Positions 57,242 to 64,000 of a stretch of DNA of 64,000 nucleotides are shown here, in pieces. Origin of the DNA: Candidatus Omnitrophota bacterium (GTDB lineage: Bacteria; Omnitrophota; Gorgyraeia; Gygaellales; Profunditerraquicolaceae); the NCBI GenBank assembly GCA_042570405.1, contig JBHPGR010000002.1:5992-69991 (forward strand), given 5' to 3'. Under the pieces are notes generated by a model. The model was not told the origin of the DNA. It was given only the letters and a program-made list of their open reading frames with translations, and ran no database searches. Within the stretch, counting starts at the first letter, position 1; each line of letters begins with the position of its first letter. The translations under genes were made by a program, and so were the position numbers.

Positions 57242-58968
57242 TAAGACTTAATGGTATAGCGGCGGCTTCAGGGATAGCTATCGGGCCTGCTTACAGGGTG
57301 GGCAAGGAGGTCTTTAGCATCCAGAAACAGTCGATCAAAGAGGAGGATATTCCTTTTCAGATCCAACTCTTTGAAGAGGCGCTGATCCAGACGCGCAAGG
57401 AGATCATTGACCTTCAAAAGCGCATCGCTTCGGACATGGGCCAGGATGAGGCGCAGATATTTGACGCGCACCTGTTGGTCCTTGAGGACCGGATGTTGAT
57501 CGAGGAGGTGATCTCGCGCCTTAAAAAAGAACTTGTATGCGTCCCCTTCATCTTCTCGGAGGTACTGAAGAAATATATCGGGGTATTCTCCAAGATCGAG
57601 GATGAATATATCAAGGAACGCATGACCGATATCAATGATGTAGGCAGGAGGATCCTGCGCAACCTCCTGGGCAAAAAGAGGTCGACGCTTGAGGATATCA
57701 AGGAGAAGGTGGTAGTGGTGGCGCACGACCTTTCTCCTTCGGATACTGCAGCGATGTATAAAAAGAGCGTTGCCGCCTTTATCACTGATATCGGCGGAAA
57801 GACGTCGCACAGCGCGATCATGGCCAAGTCCTTAGAGATACCTGCCGTAGTCGGAGCGGAAGAGGCGACGACGATGATAAACGCCGATGACCTGCTGATA
57901 GTTGACGGCAGTACTGGTGTGGTGATCGTCAATCCGGATCAGAAGACGCTGGAGTTTTACCGGGCCGAGGAAGAGAAGTTAAAGGGGATCAGCAGGAGAT
58001 ACCTGCCGGCCAAAAACCTCCCGGCGACCACACTTGACGGGAAGACGATCAAGATAAAGGCGAACATCGAGTTTCCCGATGAGGTGCCGGCAGCCAAGAC
58101 CCATGGCGCCGAGGGGATAGGGCTTTACCGCACCGAGTTCTTTTATATGAATAGGAGGGACCTGCCTACCGAGGAGGAGCATTATCAGGCTTATAGGTAT
58201 GTGGCAAGAGAGATGAAGCCGGATGCGGTTACGATCCGCACGCTTGACCTGGGCGGAGATAAGTTCCTTTCGCAATTTCAGATTCCCAGCGAGATGCAGC
58301 CGTTTTTGGGGTGGCGGGCGATCCGCTTCTGCCTTGCCCGGCCCGATATATTCAAGCTGCAGCTGCGTGCGATCCTGCGCGCTTCAGTGCACGGCTCTTT
58401 GAACCTGATGTATCCGATGATCTCCGGGGTCGATGAGTTGATACAGGCAAACATGATTTTGGATGAGGCAAAGAGAGAATTAAAGAAGGAGGGCCGGGAT
58501 TTTAATCAAGATATCGAGGTCGGGGCGATGATCGAGGTGCCTTCGGCGGCGATAACCGCAGACCTCCTGGCTAAGGAAGCGGATTTCTTCAGTATAGGAA
58601 CAAATGACCTGATCCAGTACTCGCTGGCGGTGGACCGCGTAAATGAAAAGGTGGCTTATCTGTATGATCCCCTGCATCCGGCGGTGTTGCGGATGATCAA
58701 GGGTATCTGCCTAGCCGCTAACAAGGCTAAGATCTGGGTAGGGATGTGCGGAGAGATGGCAGGTGAGCCAAGCATGGTCCTTTTGCTCGTGGGTCTTGGG
58801 CTTGACGGATTGAGCATGCCGCCTTCGATGATCCCGGAGGTAAAGTACGTCATCCGCAGCGTGACGATAAAGCAGGCGAAGAGCTTTGCGGATGAAGCGC
58901 TTAAATTATCCACCGGCAAGGAGATCGAGAAGTTCTGCCAGAGCAAGATAAAGGAGATCCTGAAATGA
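57238..58968 (+). CDS. ptsI: phosphoenolpyruvate-protein phosphotransferase (PTS Enzyme I)
   Basis: 576 aa. The phospho-His motif is GGKTSHSAIMAKSLEIPAVVG. The C-terminal PEP-utilizer barrel has GIGLYRTEF and FFSIGTNDLIQY. Confidence 0.92.
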   Translation: MIRLNGIAAASGIAIGPAYRVGKEVFSIQKQSIKEEDIPFQIQLFEEALIQTRKEIIDLQKRIASDMGQDEAQIFDAHLLVLEDRMLIEEVISRLKKELVCVPFIFSEVLKKYIGVFSKIEDEYIKERMTDINDVGRRILRNLLGKKRSTLEDIKEKVVVVAHDLSPSDTAAMYKKSVAAFITDIGGKTSHSAIMAKSLEIPAVVGAEEATTMINADDLLIVDGSTGVVIVNPDQKTLEFYRAEEEKLKGISRRYLPAKNLPATTLDGKTIKIKANIEFPDEVPAAKTHGAEGIGLYRTEFFYMNRRDLPTEEEHYQAYRYVAREMKPDAVTIRTLDLGGDKFLSQFQIPSEMQPFLGWRAIRFCLARPDIFKLQLRAILRASVHGSLNLMYPMISGVDELIQANMILDEAKRELKKEGRDFNQDIEVGAMIEVPSAAITADLLAKEADFFSIGTNDLIQYSLAVDRVNEKVAYLYDPLHPAVLRMIKGICLAANKAKIWVGMCGEMAGEPSMVLLLVGLGLDGLSMPPSMIPEVKYVIRSVTIKQAKSFADEALKLSTGKEIEKFCQSKIKEILK

Positions 58969-60035
58969 GCCGTCAATCGATGAGCGAAGCGAACATCAAA
59001 AAACTTGATAAGTCGGGGATGCTGGGGCTGTTGCTTGAATTTCCTCTGCAGTGCGTCAGGGCAAGAGAGATAGCTGCAGGGGTAAGGATACTCTTTGAGA
59101 AAAGGGATTTTAGTAAAATAGTCTTCGCCGGTTTAGGGGGTTCGGCGATCGGCGCTGACCTGGTGAGATCGTATCTTTATTTTGAGAGTAAGATCCCGGT
59201 CCTGGTCTTTCGCGAATACGATCTGCCCGGCCTTGTAGATGAATCGACGCTTGTCTTCATCACGAGCTATTCAGGAAATACCGAAGAAACGCTCTCGGCT
59301 TTCCGTCAGGCAAAAGAGAAGAACGCCACGATCGTTGCCATATCCTCTGACGGTTCATTAAAGGAGTCTGCGGCCAAATACGGGCTTACCTTTATTGAGA
59401 TACCAAAGGGGCTGCCCCCAAGATGCGCTTTGGGGTACCTGAGCCTGATACCTTTATGCGTATTATCGAGGCTAGGGTTGGTCAAGGAGATCGGTCCCCA
59501 GATAAACAGCATGGTGGCGACATTAGATGAGTTAAAAAAGCGCAGCCTTCGGCCGGGGATCGGGCAGAAGGATAATATCGCTAAGTCTATCGCTTCCAGG
59601 CTCTATAATAAGTTTGCTGTGATCTATGCGCCTTGTGTGCACTTTGACGTGACTGCGCTGAGGTTTCGCGGACAGTTGAATGAAAACTCAAAGGCGCTTG
59701 CCTCAAGCCATGTATTCCCGGAGATGAACCATAATGAGATCGTAGGCTGGCAGAACCCGAAGAAAGTTTTTAAGAATTTAAGCGTTGTAATGCTGCGTGA
59801 TAATAAGATGCACCCGCGCACCTCAATACGGATGGATATCACGTGCGATATGATCAAGAAAGAGGGCGTAGAGGTGACCGAGGTCAATTCACGCGGGGAG
59901 GACCTGTTAAGCAGGATTTTTTCCCTGATATACATCGGGGATTTTGTCTCGTTTTACCTGGCGATACTTTACGGCATAGACCCGACGCCGGTAGAGCGGG
60001 TGACTTATTTAAAGAAGGAGCTGATAAAGGCTTAA
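58965..60035 (+). CDS. SIS-domain bifunctional phosphoglucose/phosphomannose isomerase
   Basis: 356 aa. It has the SIS motif FAGLGGSAIGADL and SYSGNTEET, and the C-terminal PGI/PMI-type domain. Confidence 0.75.
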   Translation: MSRQSMSEANIKKLDKSGMLGLLLEFPLQCVRAREIAAGVRILFEKRDFSKIVFAGLGGSAIGADLVRSYLYFESKIPVLVFREYDLPGLVDESTLVFITSYSGNTEETLSAFRQAKEKNATIVAISSDGSLKESAAKYGLTFIEIPKGLPPRCALGYLSLIPLCVLSRLGLVKEIGPQINSMVATLDELKKRSLRPGIGQKDNIAKSIASRLYNKFAVIYAPCVHFDVTALRFRGQLNENSKALASSHVFPEMNHNEIVGWQNPKKVFKNLSVVMLRDNKMHPRTSIRMDITCDMIKKEGVEVTEVNSRGEDLLSRIFSLIYIGDFVSFYLAILYGIDPTPVERVTYLKKELIKA

Positions 60036-60778
60036 TGAAAGCGCTGATCCTGGCCGCAGGTTACGCCACGCGGCTATATCCAATAACCTTGAATTTCCCC
60101 AAGCCGCTCTTGAGCGTGGGCAGGCGCAGGATGATCGATTATATTATGGATAAGGTGAAGGCGCTGGATGAGGTAGATGAGATCTTCGTAGTGGTCAATC
60201 ATAGATTCATATCGCTCTTTAAAAAGTGGAAGAAAAGGCAGGGAACAAAGGTTAAGATCAGCCTGGTGGATGACGGCTCAGTAGGCCTGGATGACAGGCT
60301 GGGAGCGATCGGCGATATGAATTTCGCGATCACCAGGAAGAAGGTCAAGGATGATCTTTTGGTGATCGGAGGGGATAACCTCTTTGACAGCGGCCTTGAA
60401 GGATTTTTGTCTTTTGCCAAACGCAACAGCCCGAGCCCTTCGATCGGAGTCTTTGACGTAAAGAGTAGATCTAATGCAAGGAAGTACGGCATAATAAAGG
60501 CCGATAAATCCGGGAGGATTCTGGATTTTCAGGAGAAGCCGAAGAAGCCCAAGGCGACGTTAGCTGCGATGTGCGTATATTTTTTCCCTAAGAAGGGCCT
60601 GAAGTTATTTAAGGAATACTTTAAGGATATGAAAAACAAGAGGGATGCAACCGGTTTTTATATAGATTGGTTAAGGAGGAGGACGCCGACTTTTGCATTT
60701 GCCTTCGGCGGACGCTGGCATGATATCGGAGATAAGAAGACCTACAAGGAGGTAAAAAGAAGCTATGGGAGGACGTAG
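60035..60778 (+). CDS. sugar-phosphate nucleotidyltransferase (NTP_transferase family)
   Basis: It starts [18 protein letters not shown] (G-x-G-T-R-L type). The ATG overlaps the upstream stop (TAATG). The track's longer ORF from 59843 overlaps the isomerase in another frame. Confidence 0.75.
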   Translation: MKALILAAGYATRLYPITLNFPKPLLSVGRRRMIDYIMDKVKALDEVDEIFVVVNHRFISLFKKWKKRQGTKVKISLVDDGSVGLDDRLGAIGDMNFAITRKKVKDDLLVIGGDNLFDSGLEGFLSFAKRNSPSPSIGVFDVKSRSNARKYGIIKADKSGRILDFQEKPKKPKATLAAMCVYFFPKKGLKLFKEYFKDMKNKRDATGFYIDWLRRRTPTFAFAFGGRWHDIGDKKTYKEVKRSYGRT

Positions 60779-61943
60779 ACATTTTTTCACATCGGAAGCG
60801 GTAGGAGAGGGGCATCCGGATAAGGTCTGTGACCAGATCTCTGATGCGATCTTAGATAATATATTGGCCAATGATAAGAGGAAGGAGCTTGCTAGAGTCG
60901 CCTGCGAGACCTATGTGACTATGGGGCTCCTGGTTATTGGCGGAGAGATCACCACCACTGCCTATGTCGATATACAGAAATTAGCGCGCAAAGTCGTAAA
61001 GGAGATCGGTTATGACCATCCTAAATACGGTTTTAACTATAAGACCTGCGCTATCGTAAATACCATAAACCGCCAATCTCCGAATATTGCTCAGGGGGTC
61101 GATAAGGGCGGGGCAGGGGATCAGGGGATCATGTTCGGGTATGCCTGTCGCGAGACTAAGGAGTTGATGCCTTTGCCGATCATGCTTTCTCAGGAGCTGG
61201 TGAGAAGAATGGCTGAGGTACGCAGAAAGAAGATCCTTAATTATCTTGGGCCTGACTGTAAATCACAGGTTACCGTTGAATATGACCGCGGGAAACCCAA
61301 ACGCGTGAGTTCCTGCGTTTTAGCCTGTCAGCACTCCGAAGAGATACTTGATTCTACCGGAGATAATATCACAAAAAAGGCGCGCCGGGAGATCATCGAT
61401 GTCGTGGCAAAGCCGATATTGAAAAAGTATATGGATAAAAAAACCAAGTTTTACGTAAACCAGACGGGCAAGTTTGTCATCGGCGGTCCGCAGTCGGATA
61501 CCGGGATGACCGGAAGAAAAATAATCGTCGATACCTACGGCGGCACTGTCGCGCACGGCGGAGGGGCATTTTCCGGGAAGGATCCGACTAAGGTCGACCG
61601 CTCAGCTACTTATATGTGCCGTTATGTCGCGAAGAACATAGTCGCCTCCGGATTAGCAGACAGTTTTCTGGTGCAGCTTTCCTATGTAATAGGATACCCG
61701 GAACCTCTCTCCATATTTGTCGATAGCTATGGAACGGGAAAATTGTCTGATCAGAAGTTTGTCAAACTTATAAGAAAAAGTTTTGATCTTACACCCAGGG
61801 GGATCATCAAGTCCCTGAAGTTGTTGCGGCCTGTATATAGGAAGACTGCCTGCTACGGACATTTCGGCAGGAAGGGCCCTGGTTTTACCTGGGAAAGAAC
61901 CGATAAGGCAGAGAGCCTTAAGAGAGAGGCGGGAAGGATATGA
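60765..61943 (+). CDS. metK: S-adenosylmethionine synthase
   Basis: It has [36 protein letters not shown] and [16 protein letters not shown]. Confidence 0.95.
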   Translation: MGGRRHFFTSEAVGEGHPDKVCDQISDAILDNILANDKRKELARVACETYVTMGLLVIGGEITTTAYVDIQKLARKVVKEIGYDHPKYGFNYKTCAIVNTINRQSPNIAQGVDKGGAGDQGIMFGYACRETKELMPLPIMLSQELVRRMAEVRRKKILNYLGPDCKSQVTVEYDRGKPKRVSSCVLACQHSEEILDSTGDNITKKARREIIDVVAKPILKKYMDKKTKFYVNQTGKFVIGGPQSDTGMTGRKIIVDTYGGTVAHGGGAFSGKDPTKVDRSATYMCRYVAKNIVASGLADSFLVQLSYVIGYPEPLSIFVDSYGTGKLSDQKFVKLIRKSFDLTPRGIIKSLKLLRPVYRKTACYGHFGRKGPGFTWERTDKAESLKREAGRI

Positions 61944-63199
61944 GTTACGACATTAAGGATATTAAATTAGCTAAAAAGGGTGCTTTAAGGGTCGAATGGG
62001 CGCGCAATAACATGCCGGTCCTGCAGTTGATCGCGGCGCGCTTTAAGAGGCAAAAGCCTTTAGAGGGGTATAAGGTAGCTGCCTGTCTGCATGTGACTAC
62101 CGAGACCGGGGTGCTGATGGAGGCCCTAAAAGCAGGCGGGGCAAAGGTGGCAGTTTGCGCATCTAATCCGTTATCTACGCAGGATGATGTCGCAGCATAC
62201 CTTGCCAAAGGGCTGGGGGTCGACGTATATGCGATCAAGGGTGAAGATACAAAGACCTACTATAAGCATATCAGGTCAGTCTTGGCGATACGCCCTAGCA
62301 TCACTATGGATGACGGAGCCGACCTTGTATCTACGATCCACCGTCAGCCGGCAAAATATAATATGGATGATATCATCGGAGGTACGGAGGAGACGACTAC
62401 AGGCGTGATACGCTTGCGCGCACTTTCCAGCGAGGGAAAGCTGGGTTATCCGATTATCGCAGTCAATGACGCGCAGACTAAACATCTTTTTGATAACCGC
62501 TACGGGACAGGCCAGTCCACGGTCGACGGCATAATCCGCGCTACAAATAAACTTCTGGCCGGGAGCAACTTCGTGGTCTGCGGTTACGGCTGGTGCGGTA
62601 GGGGTGTTGCCATGCGCGCAAAAGGGATGGCGGCGAGAGTGGTCATTGTAGAGGTAGATCCCCTGCGCGCCCTTGAGGCGACGATGGACGGGTATGAGGT
62701 GATGCCGATAGCCCGCGCCGCAAGGACAGGTGAGATATTTGTCACTACAACCGGTGACACCAGCGTTATCCGTAAGGAGCACTTTAAATCGATGAAGGAT
62801 GGCGCGATCGTCTGCAATGCCGGGCACTTCAACGTCGAGATCGATATCCCGGGATTGAAGAAACTAAGCAGGTCCAGGAGGCGGATCCGGGAATTTGTCG
62901 ATGAATATACACAGAGGGACGGACGCAAGATCTATCTGTTAGGCGAAGGGAGGCTGATCAATCTGGCAGCGGCAGAGGGCCACCCGGCGCAGGTGATGGA
63001 TATGTCCTTTGCCAACCAGGCGTTAAGCGCTGAGTATCTGGCAAAGCACCACCGAAAACTGGAGCCTGTAGTGTATGGGGTCCCGAAAGATATCGATAAG
63101 GAGATCGCGCGCTTAAAGTTGAAATCAATGGGGATCAGGATCGATTCCCTGACGCACGAACAGGAAAAATACCTTTCCAGCTGGGAGATCGGCACATGA
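61940..63199 (+). CDS. ahcY: adenosylhomocysteinase
   Basis: 419 aa. It has the short-form SAHH pattern ([30 protein letters not shown]) and is adjacent to metK. Confidence 0.95.
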   Translation: MSYDIKDIKLAKKGALRVEWARNNMPVLQLIAARFKRQKPLEGYKVAACLHVTTETGVLMEALKAGGAKVAVCASNPLSTQDDVAAYLAKGLGVDVYAIKGEDTKTYYKHIRSVLAIRPSITMDDGADLVSTIHRQPAKYNMDDIIGGTEETTTGVIRLRALSSEGKLGYPIIAVNDAQTKHLFDNRYGTGQSTVDGIIRATNKLLAGSNFVVCGYGWCGRGVAMRAKGMAARVVIVEVDPLRALEATMDGYEVMPIARAARTGEIFVTTTGDTSVIRKEHFKSMKDGAIVCNAGHFNVEIDIPGLKKLSRSRRRIREFVDEYTQRDGRKIYLLGEGRLINLAAAEGHPAQVMDMSFANQALSAEYLAKHHRKLEPVVYGVPKDIDKEIARLKLKSMGIRIDSLTHEQEKYLSSWEIGT

Positions 63200-64000
63200 C
63201 CAAAAGAATCGCGGTTTTGACTTCAGGGGGTGAAAGTTCAGGCATGAACGCTGCTATCCGCAGCGTGGTGCGTTTTGCAACGCATAATAAACTCCAAGTG
63301 TTGGGAGTCTTCCGCGGTTACGAGGGCCTAATCAAGGGGGATCTGAAATTAATGGACCGCCGTTCGGTGTCAAATATAATCAGCCTGGGCGGGACTATTC
63401 TTAAGACCTCGCGCTGCCCTGAATTTCTGGAGGAATCCGGGCAGAAGAAGGCAGTTGAGGTTATCAGGAAGAATAAGATCGACGGCCTGGTCCTGATCGG
63501 AGGAGACGGGACATACCGCGGCGGGATAGCTTTGTCAAAAAAATGGAAGATTCCCTGTATCGGAGTCCCCGGCACGATCGATAATGATATAAACGGGACT
63601 GATTTTACGGTCGGCTCGGATACGGCGATAAATGTCGCGCTTGAGGCGATCGATAAGATCAGGGATACCGCCACCTCAATGGAGCGGATATTTGTCGTAG
63701 AGGTAATGGGCAGGGAGTACGGCTACATTGCACTGCGCGTTGCTGTAAGCGCAGGGGTAGAAGAGGTTCTTCTGCCGGAGAGAAGATTTGACCTCGAGAA
63801 GATGTGCGCTGAGATAGTGCAAGGGAATAAGCGCGGCAAGGTCAGCTGGATCATCATCGTTGCCGAAGGCGCGGCAAAGGCATCAGGGATCGCCAAAAAG
63901 ATCTCTGACGGGACTTCATTAGAGACAAGAGAGGTCACCCTGGGCCATCTGCAAAGAGGTGGGGCTCCTTCTGCCAATGACAGGATCCTGGCTGCCCGGC
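63196..64000 (+). CDS. pfkA: ATP-dependent 6-phosphofructokinase (3' end cut by window edge)
   Basis: It is absent from the ORF track because no stop falls inside the window. Hand translation from ATG 63196 gives [22 protein letters not shown]...GGDGTYRG...PGTIDNDI...[10 protein letters not shown]...LGHLQRGG. Confidence 0.88.
   Translation, partial: MTKRIAVLTSGGESSGMNAAIRSVVRFATHNKLQVLGVFRGYEGLIKGDLKLMDRRSVSNIISLGGTILKTSRCPEFLEESGQKKAVEVIRKNKIDGLVLIGGDGTYRGGIALSKKWKIPCIGVPGTIDNDINGTDFTVGSDTAINVALEAIDKIRDTATSMERIFVVEVMGREYGYIALRVAVSAGVEEVLLPERRFDLEKMCAEIVQGNKRGKVSWIIIVAEGAAKASGIAKKISDGTSLETREVTLGHLQRGGAPSANDRILAAR

Noticed and set aside
59843-60034. A 64-codon upstream extension of the nucleotidyltransferase ORF.
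   Set aside because: It overlaps the 3' end of the pgi/pmi gene in another frame and is Arg/Gly-rich nonsense. The family N-terminus [14 protein letters not shown] starts at 60035 with a TAATG stop-start overlap.

Overview
This is a 64-kb chromosomal segment from a Gram-negative-type bacterium (LpxB and MsbA are present). I cannot assign taxonomy from the sequence alone. It carries about 53 CDS and 3 tRNAs, all on the + strand except lpxB and one oxidoreductase. Canonical TTGACA-N16/17-TATAAT-like promoters and AGGAGG Shine-Dalgarno (SD) sites are visible. About half the window (roughly 4.7-34.5 kb) is a collinear block of genes for ammonia and glutamine metabolism: nadE, AsnC regulator, aminotransferase, glnA, GAF-ANTAR regulator, nfnAB-like pair, gdhA, amtB, glnK, a second glnA, Fis-like HTH, gltB, gltD, an unusual PPDK_N-domain protein, pyrG, carA, an N-terminal-half carB, and purSQLF. 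The rest holds a GH65 phosphorylase/beta-PGM/GT4 module, a full-length carB plus DUF1846, rpmA, an HD-GYP sensor, lpxB/msbA, rpsB-tsf-pyrH-frr, a tRNA cluster, a PTS-Ntr cluster (ptsN, yvcK-like, HPr, EI), pgi/pmi, metK, ahcY and pfkA. The most interesting signals are non-coding or at gene boundaries. (1) A GAF-ANTAR regulator sits next to four recurring mini-hairpin-versus-terminator modules in the leaders of nfnAB-gdhA and amtB-glnK-glnA. (2) A conserved promoter-proximal attenuator is shared by pyrG and carB. (3) A tRNA-Lys(UUU) is split by a complete group I intron, and an AT-rich free-standing LAGLIDADG-like ORF lies immediately upstream. (4) An AT-rich imperfect palindromic repeat family occurs three times. 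(5) A 225-bp nested palindrome lies in the lpx/msbA divergent region. (6) The pyrH-frr spacer is motif-dense. No CRISPR array, rRNA, transposase or recognisable defence system was seen. All calls rest on motif recognition by eye; no searches were run.
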